Positions 30,876-40,492 of a DNA stretch of 64,000 nucleotides are shown one piece after another. Numbering within the stretch: position 1 is the first letter of the stretch; every line of letters starts with the position of its first letter. The position numbers and the translations under genes are program-made. Below the pieces are notes generated by a model. It saw only the letters and a list, made by a program, of their open reading frames with translations, had not been told where the DNA came from and made no database searches. The stretch is from an uncultured Gemmatimonadaceae bacterium (GTDB lineage Bacteria; Gemmatimonadota; Gemmatimonadetes; Gemmatimonadales; Gemmatimonadaceae), in NCBI GenBank assembly GCA_963740355.1, contig CAVUDW010000003.1, positions 64,001-128,000 of the forward strand. Reading direction: 5' to 3'.

Positions 30876-32086
30876 TACACGCGCTCCAGGATCGTGGCCA
30901 TGCCTTGCCCGACACCGATGCACATCGTGGCCAACGCGTACCTGCCGCCGCTGCGCTGCAACTGGTGCGCTGCCGAGAGCAGGATCCGCGCGCCGCTCAT
31001 CCCCAGCGGATGCCCAAGGGCGATCGCGCCGCCGTTCGGGTTCACGCGCGCGTCGTCATCCGGGAGCCCGAGTTCACGCAGGCAGCCGAGCGACTGCGCC
31101 GCGAAGGCTTCGTTGAGCTCGATCACATCCATGTCAGCGAGTGTCAGCCCCGCCTTCTTCAGCGCGAGGTGCGTGGCGGGCACCGGGCCAAGGCCCATGA
31201 CACGTGGCTCGACGCCGGCCACGGCGCTGGTGACGAAACGTGCGAGTGGCGTCGCGCCCATGGCGGCCGCGCCGCGTGCCGAGCCGATCAACAAGGCGGC
31301 AGCCCCATCGTTGAGACCCGAGGCATTGCCTGCGGTCACCGAGCCCTTGCCATCGGTTCGGAATGCCGGCTTGAGTTTGGCGAGGATTTCGAGCGTGGTG
31401 TCCGCGCGGATGAATTCGTCGGTGTCGACGATTCGTGGGTCGCCCTTCTTCTGCGGTATCTCGACCGGCGTGATCTCCACGACGAATCTCCCCGCTGCGC
31501 GCGCGGCGGCGGCCTTCTGCTGCGATCGCAGCGCAAAGGCATCCTGGTCGGCGCGCGTGATGCCGAGCTGCTCCGCCACGTTCTCAGCCGTCTGCCCCAT
31601 GGAGTCGGTGCCGTATCGTAACTTCATCGCCGGGTTGACGAACCGCCATCCGAGGCTGGTATCGAACATCTCGATGTCGCGCGCGAACGGCTTGCTCGCC
31701 TTGCCCATCACGTACGGCGCGCGCGTCATGTTCTCGACACCGCCGGCGATATAGAGCTCGCCATCGCCACACTGCACTCCACGCGCTGCGTTCGCGACCG
31801 CGCTCATCCCCGATGCGCAGAGCCGGTTCACGGTTTCGCCAGGCACGGTGACTGGCAGGCCAGCCAGCAGCGCGGCCATCCGCGCCACGTTCCGGTTGTC
31901 GTCGCCCGACTGATTGGCGCACCCAAGGATCACATCGGTGAGCGCGGACGGATCGAGTGCCGGATGTCGCGCGACGACTCGCGCAATCACCTGTGCAGCG
32001 AGGTCGTCGGCGCGCACCTCGCTCAATTGGCCGCCAAGACTTCCAATGGCAGTGCGGAGGCCGTCAATGATGAAAGCGTCTGTCAT
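30875..32086 (-). CDS. paaJ: 3-oxoadipyl-CoA / 3-oxo-5,6-dehydrosuberyl-CoA thiolase (PaaJ/PcaF)
   Basis: [32 protein letters not shown]. Confidence 0.9.
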   Translation of the reverse strand: MTDAFIIDGLRTAIGSLGGQLSEVRADDLAAQVIARVVARHPALDPSALTDVILGCANQSGDDNRNVARMAALLAGLPVTVPGETVNRLCASGMSAVANAARGVQCGDGELYIAGGVENMTRAPYVMGKASKPFARDIEMFDTSLGWRFVNPAMKLRYGTDSMGQTAENVAEQLGITRADQDAFALRSQQKAAAARAAGRFVVEITPVEIPQKKGDPRIVDTDEFIRADTTLEILAKLKPAFRTDGKGSVTAGNASGLNDGAAALLIGSARGAAAMGATPLARFVTSAVAGVEPRVMGLGPVPATHLALKKAGLTLADMDVIELNEAFAAQSLGCLRELGLPDDDARVNPNGGAIALGHPLGMSGARILLSAAHQLQRSGGRYALATMCIGVGQGMATILERV

Positions 32087-32571
32087 GATGCTGAGGCTGG
32101 GTCAGGTGCGACGGGATGCGCCTTGCGGGTGCGATACACCGTGCCGCGAAAGAGTGCGACGACGGTACCATGCTGATTGCACACCGTCACGCGATAGAAG
32201 CCGAGCCGGCCGCTGGAGGCGTCTTCCTCGGCAGTGGCGGTGAGATCGTCGTTCACATGAATCGGCGCCGGATACGCGATCTGGTTGTCCACTGCCACGG
32301 TCACGAACTCGCCGCTGTTGCAGGCGAAGGCCATCGCACTGTCGGCAAAGGCAAACACGATGCCGCCATGCGAGGCACCGAAGCCATTCACCATGTCGGG
32401 GCGCACGTGCATCTGCAGGACGCAGTGCCCTGGCCGCACGGATACCAGAGTGACGCCGAGCCAGCGGCTGAAGGCGTCGGTTGCAAGCATCTGCTCGGTG
32501 ATTTCGCGCGCACGTGTCACAGCTGGCGCAGCCACGTCGGTGGACGCCTGCTCCTTCGCGCCACCTGTCAT
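32083..32571 (-). CDS. paaI: PaaI hotdog-fold thioesterase
   Basis: [24 protein letters not shown]. Confidence 0.9.
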   Translation of the reverse strand: MTGGAKEQASTDVAAPAVTRAREITEQMLATDAFSRWLGVTLVSVRPGHCVLQMHVRPDMVNGFGASHGGIVFAFADSAMAFACNSGEFVTVAVDNQIAYPAPIHVNDDLTATAEEDASSGRLGFYRVTVCNQHGTVVALFRGTVYRTRKAHPVAPDPASAS

Positions 32572-33752
32572 GCGAGCAGTCGCTCGCCAGTGATGACGCG
32601 GCGGCGCAGTAGTACACTGGCCCGATACCGATCCTCACCATATTCGCTGTGCAGCTCATCCAACCGTCGGAGCACGACGCTGGCGCCGATCTCGTCACCC
32701 CAGGCCAGCAATCCACGTGGGTAGTTGACGCCCTTGGTCATCGACAGTTCGATGTCGGCGGCAGACGCGATCCTGAGGTACAGCGCCTCGACCGCCTCGT
32801 TCACCAGCATCGCAAGCACACGATCCACGACCTGCGCGCCGAGTACCGGATCGCGCGTTGGTTCCGGCTTGGCGGCACCGTCGCGATAGTCGTAGAAGCC
32901 TCGCTGGCGCTTGCGTCCCCAGAAGCCTGCGTCAACCAATCGCTGCTGGGTAATCGACGGCCGGTACCGCGGATCCTGGAAAAAGCCTGCGTAGACGCTT
33001 TGCGTGACGGCGAAGTTGATGTCGTGGCCGATGAAGTCCATCAGCTCGAACGGCCCCATGCGGAAGCCGGCGAGTTCGCGCAGGGCCCAGTCAATGGTCG
33101 GTACGTCAGCGATGCCTTCTTCGAGAATGCGCAACGACTCACCATAAAATGGTCGGGCGATGCGATTGACGATGAAACCCGGTGTGTCGCGCGCCACGAC
33201 CGTCACCTTCTTCCACGAATCGACGAGCGAGCGGGCGCGCACGAGCACATCCTCGGCGGTCGTGATCGAGGGAATGATCTCCACCAGCGGCATGGCGACA
33301 GCCGGGTTGAAGAAGTGAATCCCGATCACACGCTCCTGTCGGCGACACTTGCCAGCGATTGCCGCGACGGGCAGCGACGACGTGTTGGTGGCGAGGATGC
33401 AGTGATCGTCCACTTCGCCTTCGAGGGCCGCGAAGAGCGTCGTCTTGACCGCGAGGACTTCTGCCACCGCCTCGATCACCAATCCACACGCGGCGAACGC
33501 GGCATATCCCGCGCCGAGCTCGCCCGCATCGGAGATTCGCGCGAGGGTTGCGTCAGCGGTCGCCTGATCGATCCGACCCTTCGCGACGTCATTCGCAAGG
33601 CCGGCAGCAATACCGGCACGTGCACGCGCCACCGCGTCAGCCGCGACGTCCCCCAGAATAACGGTGTGCCCCGACGCCGCCGCGACCTGTGCAATGCCGC
33701 TCCCCATTGCACCAGCGCCGATCACACCGACGATCATGCGTTCCTCTACCAT
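32568..33752 (-). CDS. paaH: 3-hydroxyadipyl-CoA dehydrogenase
   Basis: GAGAMGSGIA, ATNTSSL, HFFNP, PGFIVNR, MGPFELMDFIG; ATG 33752 overlaps the paaG stop; 394 aa. Confidence 0.88.
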   Translation of the reverse strand: MVEERMIVGVIGAGAMGSGIAQVAAASGHTVILGDVAADAVARARAGIAAGLANDVAKGRIDQATADATLARISDAGELGAGYAAFAACGLVIEAVAEVLAVKTTLFAALEGEVDDHCILATNTSSLPVAAIAGKCRRQERVIGIHFFNPAVAMPLVEIIPSITTAEDVLVRARSLVDSWKKVTVVARDTPGFIVNRIARPFYGESLRILEEGIADVPTIDWALRELAGFRMGPFELMDFIGHDINFAVTQSVYAGFFQDPRYRPSITQQRLVDAGFWGRKRQRGFYDYRDGAAKPEPTRDPVLGAQVVDRVLAMLVNEAVEALYLRIASAADIELSMTKGVNYPRGLLAWGDEIGASVVLRRLDELHSEYGEDRYRASVLLRRRVITGERLLA

Positions 33753-34543
33753 CAGCGCCCCTCGAACGTCGGCTTCCGCTTCTCGACGAAGGCGCGCACA
33801 CCCTCGGCGTAGTCGGCCGTGCGTCCGGCTTCGCGCTGCAACCCCTCCTCGAGATCGAGCTGCTCGTCGAGCGAGTTGGCGAATGACGCGTTCAAGCCGC
33901 GCTTCGAGAGCGCAATACCGCGCGTCGGCATCGTGGCGAGACGTTGCGCGAGCGCAAAGGTTCGCTCGTGCAGCTCGGCGTCTGGCACCACGTCGACGAC
34001 CAATCCCCATGCCTTCGCGTCGGACGCGAGCAGCTTGTCGCCCAGCATGGTGAGGAACGCCGCTCGCTGCAGGCCGACGATGCGGGGCAGGATGAACGTG
34101 CCGCCCCCGTCAGGAATGAGGCCGATCTTGGCGAAGCTCTGGATGAACGAGGCACTTTCACCTGCGATCGTGATGTCGCAGGCGAATGCGAGATTGGCAC
34201 CGGCGCCGGCCGCAACACCATTCACCGCGCACACGACAGGCTTGTCGAGTGTTCGGATGGCGCGGATGATCGGGTTGTAGTAGCGACGGATGATGTCGCC
34301 GAGGTCGGGCATCACACCGTCGTCGCCCGGCAATACGGCCGCGAGGTCCTGTCCCGCACAGAACGCGCGACCAGAGGCGGCGATCAGGACGGCGCGCACC
34401 GTCGCATCTGTCGCAGCCTGTTGCAACGCGTCGATCAACGCATCGGCCATTTCGCCGTTGAAGCTGTTGAGGACTTGCGGGCGGTTGAGCGTGATGGTGA
34501 GGACGCCATCGCGTTGCTGCAGCAGAATCGGGGCAGATTCCAT
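33752..34543 (-). CDS. paaG: 2-(1,2-epoxy-1,2-dihydrophenyl)acetyl-CoA isomerase
   Basis: FCAGQDL, GAGANLAFACD, IGLIPDGGGT (PaaG-type catalytic Asp); start at ATG 34543. Confidence 0.9.
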   Translation of the reverse strand: MESAPILLQQRDGVLTITLNRPQVLNSFNGEMADALIDALQQAATDATVRAVLIAASGRAFCAGQDLAAVLPGDDGVMPDLGDIIRRYYNPIIRAIRTLDKPVVCAVNGVAAGAGANLAFACDITIAGESASFIQSFAKIGLIPDGGGTFILPRIVGLQRAAFLTMLGDKLLASDAKAWGLVVDVVPDAELHERTFALAQRLATMPTRGIALSKRGLNASFANSLDEQLDLEEGLQREAGRTADYAEGVRAFVEKRKPTFEGR

Positions 34544-34723
34544 CGGGTGGCCGACTGGACGTGAAGCAGGGGCAGCGTGCGCCAGGATCTCGAGACAGGC
34601 AGAACGCTGCGGCAGCGTGGAATATACCGATGTGCAACGGGGGCGACCGATGCCTCCCATTCGGCTCTGCGGGGCACCACATTTGAGGCGCTTGCAGTCC
34701 GGCCGCCCCCTTCCCGCTCAGTG

Positions 34724-36853
34724 ATGCACGACGCTAACTCGCACGACCACTTCGAACCCGTTGGGTGGCCGGTCGACACACGCTTCGACTGGCGGCGGAT
34801 TGCGTATCACGCCCTGGCATCGCGTGCGCTCGACGACCTCGAGGAGACCACCAACCGCAACCGCACCTCCGTGCCGCGGGAGCATCTGGTGCTCTACCAG
34901 TTCTCGGCGCGTGGGCACGATGTCGGCCAGAGCATCCTCGGATCGCTGCTTGGGCATCCGCACGACGGTGTCGGCGCCTACTATCGATCGCGCCCGCTGT
35001 TGCTCTCCCTTGGTCTGTCGATCGACGACGCGCATGGCAGCCCACTCGGCCGCGCCGGCGGCTTCAGCGATGGCCGCGACATTGGAGTGGTCTGCAATCG
35101 ACCGGGATGGAACGGCGCCACGGTGCTGCCGATGGCAGGTGATGTCGGGGCACAGTTCACGCCCGCGATCGGCTGGGCGCAGGCGATCGCGTATCGTCGC
35201 CACGAATTGGCTGACGAGTCGTACACCGGCGCACTGGCAGTCGCTCTCGGGGGTGATGCGAGTGTCGCCACGAGCGGTTTCTGGTCGGCGCTGACGATCG
35301 CAACCACGCTTCGCCTGCCGATGCTGTTCTACATCGAGGACAATGGACTCGGTATCTCGGTGCGCAGCGACATGCAGACACCGGGTGGGGACATTGCGTC
35401 CAATCTGGCGTCGTTCGGCAACCTCTTCCTGCGCAACGGCGACGGCTGCAATCCGGCCGAAGCCGCCGAGTGCATTGCCGATTGTGTGACACATGTGCGG
35501 AATGGCCTCGGTCCGGCCCTCGTCCGGCTGACGGTGCCTCGCCTGAGCAGTCATTCCGGGCCAGACAATCAGCGTGGGTATCGGACGGATGAGGAGATCG
35601 AGGCCGACACGGCGCGCGATCCGCTGCCGCGTTTGAAGGCGCATCTGGTCCCAGCGTTCATGTCCGTCGACGAATGGACCGCGCTGGAACACGAAGTGGC
35701 GACCGCCGTGGAATCCGGGGTGGCGGGTGCGCGGGCGCGCGGTGCTCCAGATGCTGCCGATGTGCGCCGGTTCGTGTACGAGGAGGCGCCACGGGCGGGT
35801 GACGCACCAACCTTCGGTGGCCTCACCCGCGAGGAACGCGGAACCCTGCCGTCGACGGAGCACGCCTCCAGCGACGGCGACGTGATGCGGCTGGCCGAGG
35901 CAATTCGCCGAACCCTGGCGACGGAGCTGGCACTCAATCCGAAGGTGGTCGTGTTCGGCGAAGACGTCGGCCGCAAAGGCGGCGTGCATCTGGTGACCGA
36001 AGGGTTGCAGAAGCGGTTCGGCGGCGAGCGAGTGTTCGACACCAGCCTGTCGGAAGAAGGAATCATTGGACGCGCAGTGGGCATGGCCGTGAATGGGCTG
36101 ATGCCTGTCGCCGAAATCCAGTTCCGGAAGTATGCCGATCCGGCGCACGAGCAGTTGAACAACTGCGGCACCATGCGCTGGCGCACGGCGAATCAGTTTG
36201 CAGCGCCGATCGTGGTCCGCATGCCCGGTGGTTTCGGCAAGGATGTCGGGGACCCGTGGCACTCGCTCTCTGGCGAAGTGACGTGGGCGCATGCAGTCGG
36301 GTGGCAGGTCGCCATGCCTTCGAATGCAGCCGACGCGGTGGGGCTGCTGCGGGCGGCGATGCGCAGCGGCAATCCGACGATCTTCTTCGAGCACCGGTCG
36401 CTGCTCATGACCAGCGACGGCAGTGCGCGGTACCCGGGTGACGAATACGTCCTGCCATTCGGTCGCGCGAACCGGCTGCGCGAGGGTAGCGACCTGACCG
36501 TCGTGACATGGGGGGCGATGGTGCACCGCTGCACCGACGCCGCGGATCGTTTCGACGGGCGAATCGATCTGCTCGACCTTCGTACCATTGCGCCGTGGGA
36601 CAGGACGGCGGTGCTGGAGTCTGTCTCACGCACGGGAAAGTGCCTGATCGTGCATGAAGACACGCTGACCGCAGGCTTCGGTGCGGAGATCGCCGCAGTA
36701 CTGTCGCAGGAGGCGTTCTGGATGCTCGACGCTCCGGTGGAGCGGCTGGCTGTGCAGGACGTGCCGATGCCGTACCACGAGAATCTGTTGAGCGCGGTGC
36801 TGCCGGATGCCGATCGCATTGCGCATCGTATCGACGTGCTGCTGAAGACCTGA
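34724..36853 (+). CDS. Fused E1 alpha/beta ThDP-dependent 2-oxoacid dehydrogenase (branched-chain-type family)
   Basis: 709 aa. Alpha part: YYRSRP, GDAS...EDNG (ThDP motif), RLSSHS. Beta part: FGEDVG, FDTSLSE, AEIQF, HED. Confidence 0.88.
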   Translation: MHDANSHDHFEPVGWPVDTRFDWRRIAYHALASRALDDLEETTNRNRTSVPREHLVLYQFSARGHDVGQSILGSLLGHPHDGVGAYYRSRPLLLSLGLSIDDAHGSPLGRAGGFSDGRDIGVVCNRPGWNGATVLPMAGDVGAQFTPAIGWAQAIAYRRHELADESYTGALAVALGGDASVATSGFWSALTIATTLRLPMLFYIEDNGLGISVRSDMQTPGGDIASNLASFGNLFLRNGDGCNPAEAAECIADCVTHVRNGLGPALVRLTVPRLSSHSGPDNQRGYRTDEEIEADTARDPLPRLKAHLVPAFMSVDEWTALEHEVATAVESGVAGARARGAPDAADVRRFVYEEAPRAGDAPTFGGLTREERGTLPSTEHASSDGDVMRLAEAIRRTLATELALNPKVVVFGEDVGRKGGVHLVTEGLQKRFGGERVFDTSLSEEGIIGRAVGMAVNGLMPVAEIQFRKYADPAHEQLNNCGTMRWRTANQFAAPIVVRMPGGFGKDVGDPWHSLSGEVTWAHAVGWQVAMPSNAADAVGLLRAAMRSGNPTIFFEHRSLLMTSDGSARYPGDEYVLPFGRANRLREGSDLTVVTWGAMVHRCTDAADRFDGRIDLLDLRTIAPWDRTAVLESVSRTGKCLIVHEDTLTAGFGAEIAAVLSQEAFWMLDAPVERLAVQDVPMPYHENLLSAVLPDADRIAHRIDVLLKT

Positions 36854-36882
36854 TGCGCCGCTGACAGACTTCTGATCGCACG

Positions 36883-36908
36883 CTGCAACCGTACACTGCA
36901 ACCGTACA
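36883..36908. repeat. Tandem 13-bp duplication CTGCAACCGTACA x2 in the convergent spacer between E1 and paaD
   Basis: Read directly; GTTGCAG at 36928-36934 is complementary to the start of the unit. Confidence 0.85.
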
Positions 36909-36950
36909 CGCGTCGATCTGCCTGTGTGTTGCAGACGCCGCAGGGCGCGA

Positions 36951-37466
36951 TCAGATCGCCTTGAACTCCTCGAACGGCTGCCGACAGCTTCGGCACCAGC
37001 AGAGCGACTTGCAGGCGGTGCTGCCGAATTCGCTGCGGATCTCCGTTTCGAAGGAGTCGCAGAAGGGGCACTGCACCGAAGGTCGAGCGCGCATCAACTG
37101 CACCAGGCCGCCGGACTCGGCGCGGCCTGGCGGTGCGATGCCATACGCTTTCAATCGGGCGCGCGCGTCGGGGCTGATCCAGTCGGTCGTCCAGGGCGGC
37201 GAAAACGTCGTCTTCACCGACACCGGCGAAATCCCCGCCGCGTCGAGGGCGGCCGTGATGTCATTCTCGATCACGAGAATCGCAGGGCAACCAGAATACG
37301 TCGGTGTCACTGTGACCGTGACGCCACCATCAGCATCCACCTCGACCTCGCGTACGATGCCGAGGTCGCGGACGCTGAGCACCGGCACCTCGGGATCCTT
37401 CACTGTATCGAGGATCGAGAGGACCTCGTCGCGCGTCGGCACCGCCGGTCGCGGACCCGCTACCAC
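36951..37466 (-). CDS. paaD: Phenylacetyl-CoA epoxidase subunit D
   Basis: VKDPEVPVLSV, TPTYSGCP, WTTDW, CPFC...FGSTACK...CRSC; GTG start at 37466. Confidence 0.92.
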   Translation of the reverse strand: MVAGPRPAVPTRDEVLSILDTVKDPEVPVLSVRDLGIVREVEVDADGGVTVTVTPTYSGCPAILVIENDITAALDAAGISPVSVKTTFSPPWTTDWISPDARARLKAYGIAPPGRAESGGLVQLMRARPSVQCPFCDSFETEIRSEFGSTACKSLCWCRSCRQPFEEFKAI

Positions 37467-38260
37467 TTCGCGCCCGGATGCGAGCGGGCCACGATCTGCA
37501 TCTCGGCGAGCAGGTGGCCGAGGTGCTCGGAATGTGCACCCTGTCGTGCGGTGCGACCGGCGCGCAGCGGCACATCGGCCGGCACTGTGAGCGTGGCGCG
37601 TTCGCAGACATCGCGAACGATTGCGCTCCATTGCACGTGCAGCGCCAGCGGTTCCGGTGCAAGCCCATCGGCAATCGCGAGACGATCGATCTCGTCGGTG
37701 GCGAACAGTTCCGGCGTGAAGCGCCACAGACCATCGAGTGCGCGCTGCATCCGCTGGTGACTCTCCTCGGTGCCATCACCGAGCTTGAGCATCCAGTCAC
37801 CGCTATGGCGCACATGATACTTCGCTTCCTTCAGCGACTTGGCCGCGATCGCGGCCAGCTCCGGATGTGTGCTGCGGGTGAGCGCATCGAGCGCAACCAC
37901 CGCATACACATCGTAGAGGAACTGCCGGACGATGGTGACGGCGAAATCGCCGTTCGGCTGCTCGACCAGCAGGCAGTTGCGGAACTGCGTTTCATCGCGG
38001 AAATAGGCGAGCGCATCCTCATCACGCCCCTTCCCTTCGGCCTCGCCCGCCAGGCGAAGGAACATCGTGGCCTGGCCGATCAGGTCGAGTGCGACATTCG
38101 CGAGCGCGATGTCTTCCTCGAGAATCGGGCCATGGCCACACCACTCACTGACACGATGGCCGAGCACGAGGCGATCGTCGCCGAGGCGCAGGAGCACCTC
38201 GAACAGCACGTTGGGGGGCGTCGGTGGTGCCGGGACGACTGAGAACTGTGGAGCGGTCAT
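37460..38260 (-). CDS. paaC: Phenylacetyl-CoA epoxidase subunit C
   Basis: GDDRLVLGHRVSEWCGHGPILEEDIA, LAYFRDE, KEAKYH. Confidence 0.95.
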   Translation of the reverse strand: MTAPQFSVVPAPPTPPNVLFEVLLRLGDDRLVLGHRVSEWCGHGPILEEDIALANVALDLIGQATMFLRLAGEAEGKGRDEDALAYFRDETQFRNCLLVEQPNGDFAVTIVRQFLYDVYAVVALDALTRSTHPELAAIAAKSLKEAKYHVRHSGDWMLKLGDGTEESHQRMQRALDGLWRFTPELFATDEIDRLAIADGLAPEPLALHVQWSAIVRDVCERATLTVPADVPLRAGRTARQGAHSEHLGHLLAEMQIVARSHPGAKW

Positions 38261-38586
38261 AGGACTCGAACGCCGCGAGGCACCTTGTAGAACTGCGGGT
38301 GTCGATAGGCCTTGTCGGCCCCCGGATCGAAGAACGGTCCGTTGTCACCGGGGCTGGAGGCCGTGATGGCCGCCGCGGGCACGACCCAGAGTGAAATCAC
38401 GCCACCGCGGCGCGCGTAGACGTCGCGCGCATTCTGCAGCGCCTGCTCGTGATCGACCGCGTGCAACGATCCCGCATGTTCGTGCGGCGCTCCCTGCTCC
38501 GTCTGCGTAAACACTTCCCACAAAGGCCACTGGCCGTCAGCGGGAATCGCCTGCGCCTGTGCACCCAGATCCGAGTTGCTGCTCAT
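38257..38586 (-). CDS. paaB: Phenylacetyl-CoA epoxidase subunit B
   Basis: WPLWEVF, HAGSLHA, ARDVYARR, DKAYRHP. Confidence 0.94.
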   Translation of the reverse strand: MSSNSDLGAQAQAIPADGQWPLWEVFTQTEQGAPHEHAGSLHAVDHEQALQNARDVYARRGGVISLWVVPAAAITASSPGDNGPFFDPGADKAYRHPQFYKVPRGVRVL

Positions 38587-38605
38587 GCCTGCTCCCCGGC
38601 GAGGT

Positions 38606-39583
38606 TCACGCCGCCACCGATGATCCGCTGTCGCGCTTCTTGCTGGCGTACGCCATGGCTGCTTCACGCACCCACGCGCCGTCACGCTCGGCCGCGCGCC
38701 GCTTCTCGAGCCGTTCCAGGTTGCACTGTCCATTGCCGCGCACGACTTGATGGAACTCATCCCAGTCGATGGCGCCGAACTCCCAGTTCTCGGTCTCCTC
38801 GTTGTAGCGGAGATCGGGATCGGGCAACGTCAAGCCGACAGCGGCAGCCTGTGGCACCGTGAGGTTGATGAAGCGCTGGCGCAGCTCGTCGTTCGACTTC
38901 TTCTTCACGCCCCAGCGCATCAACTCCGCAGAGTTCGGCGAGTCCTTGTCGCTTGGGCCGAACATCATCAAGGCCGGCCACCAGAAGCGATTCACCGCAT
39001 CCTGCACCATCGCCTTCTGCGCTGGCGTGCCGGCGGCGAGCACCGACACCATCTCGTAGCCCTGGCGCTTGTGGAAATTTTCTTCCTTGCAGATGCGAAT
39101 CATCGCGCGCGCGTACGGGCCGTACGACGCCTTCGCGAGAATGGTCTGGTTCACGATCGCTGCGCCATCCACCAGCCACCCGATGACACCCATGTCCGCC
39201 CAGGAGAGCGTCGGATAGTTGAAGATGCTCGAGTACTTGGCGCGGCCATCGAGCAGCTGTGCCAGAATCTCCGTGCGATCGACGCCAAGCGTCTCGACAC
39301 CGCAGTAGATGTAGAGGCCATGGCCCGCTTCATCCTGCACCTTGGCGAGTAGGCCGACCTTTCGGCGCAGCGACGGCGCGCGGGTGATCCAGTTGCCTTC
39401 GGGGAGCATGCCGACGATCTCGGAGTGCGCGTGCTGCGACATCATCCGGATCAATTGCTTGCGATACCGCTCCGGCATCCAGTCTTTCGGCTCGATGCTT
39501 TCACCGTTGGCGATCCGGTCTTCGAAGGCGGCGATCGCCGCCGGATCCTCGGCCGTTGTGTCGATGGCGCGTGTCTGAGTCAT
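38606..39583 (-). CDS. paaA: Phenylacetyl-CoA epoxidase catalytic subunit A
   Basis: [21 protein letters not shown]; diiron ligands KVQDEAGH and KEENFH; start at ATG 39583. Confidence 0.96.
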   Translation of the reverse strand: MTQTRAIDTTAEDPAAIAAFEDRIANGESIEPKDWMPERYRKQLIRMMSQHAHSEIVGMLPEGNWITRAPSLRRKVGLLAKVQDEAGHGLYIYCGVETLGVDRTEILAQLLDGRAKYSSIFNYPTLSWADMGVIGWLVDGAAIVNQTILAKASYGPYARAMIRICKEENFHKRQGYEMVSVLAAGTPAQKAMVQDAVNRFWWPALMMFGPSDKDSPNSAELMRWGVKKKSNDELRQRFINLTVPQAAAVGLTLPDPDLRYNEETENWEFGAIDWDEFHQVVRGNGQCNLERLEKRRAAERDGAWVREAAMAYASKKRDSGSSVAA

Positions 39584-39652
39584 GCCTGAATCTACCGGAG
39601 GTGCACAGGTGGACAATGGACGCCCCGGTGGGCCGGGGTGTAGTTTCGCCGC

Positions 39653-40441
39653 ATGGAAAATAGGACTCTGGTACGAACTGAAGCCGTGGCCGGTGGCGAA
39701 GTCTCGGTTGCGTTTGCGAACGGCGTGGCGACCATCCGTTTTTCGCATCCCAAGGGCAACTCTCTGCCGGGTGCACTGCTGCAGCACCTCGCCCGGACGA
39801 TTACCGACGTCGGGCAACACCCGGACGTCACCGTGATCGTGCTGGGCAGCGGCGGCACAGGTCCCTTCTGCGCCGGCGCCTCCTTCGAGGAACTGGTGAA
39901 GATTGCAACGCCCGAGGAAGGCGAAGAGTTCTTCAGCGGCTTTTCGCAGGTCATCCTGGCCATGATCCGGACCCCGCAATTCGTCATCGTGCGCGTCCAT
40001 GGGCGGACCGCAGGTGGCGGGATCGGCATCGCGGCTGCTGGGGACTACACCATGGCGAGCCGGAACGTTTCGGTGAAGTTGAGCGAATTGGCGGTCGGGA
40101 TCGGGCCGTTCGTCGTTGGGCCAGTCATTGCGCGTCGTGTCGGCATGGGGCCGTTCATGGCGATGTCGGTGGACGCAGACTGGCGTGACGCATCGTGGTG
40201 CGAACACCATGGCCTCTTTGCGCGCGTGTTTGACGACGTCGCTTCGCTGGACGCGGGCATCGACGCGCTTTCGCGCACGCTCTCGACCTCGAATCCGGAA
40301 GCGATGCGGCTCATGAAGGGGGTCGCGTGGCAGGGCACGGAAGACTGGGATTCGCTGCTTGCCGAACGCGCGCGCATGAGCGGCACCCTGGTGCTGTCCG
40401 ACTTCACGCGACAGGCGATCGCGAAGTTCAACGCCAAGTAG
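39653..40441 (+). CDS. Enoyl-CoA hydratase/isomerase (crotonase) with methylglutaconyl-CoA-hydratase-like signature
   Basis: FCAGA, GGGIG (first catalytic Glu absent), [10 protein letters not shown]; divergent from paaA. Confidence 0.82.
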   Translation: MENRTLVRTEAVAGGEVSVAFANGVATIRFSHPKGNSLPGALLQHLARTITDVGQHPDVTVIVLGSGGTGPFCAGASFEELVKIATPEEGEEFFSGFSQVILAMIRTPQFVIVRVHGRTAGGGIGIAAAGDYTMASRNVSVKLSELAVGIGPFVVGPVIARRVGMGPFMAMSVDADWRDASWCEHHGLFARVFDDVASLDAGIDALSRTLSTSNPEAMRLMKGVAWQGTEDWDSLLAERARMSGTLVLSDFTRQAIAKFNAK

Positions 40442-40492
40442 TCCGCGTCGGCCCGGTGTTTAACACGACATCGGGCCGACGGTCGCTCGCGG

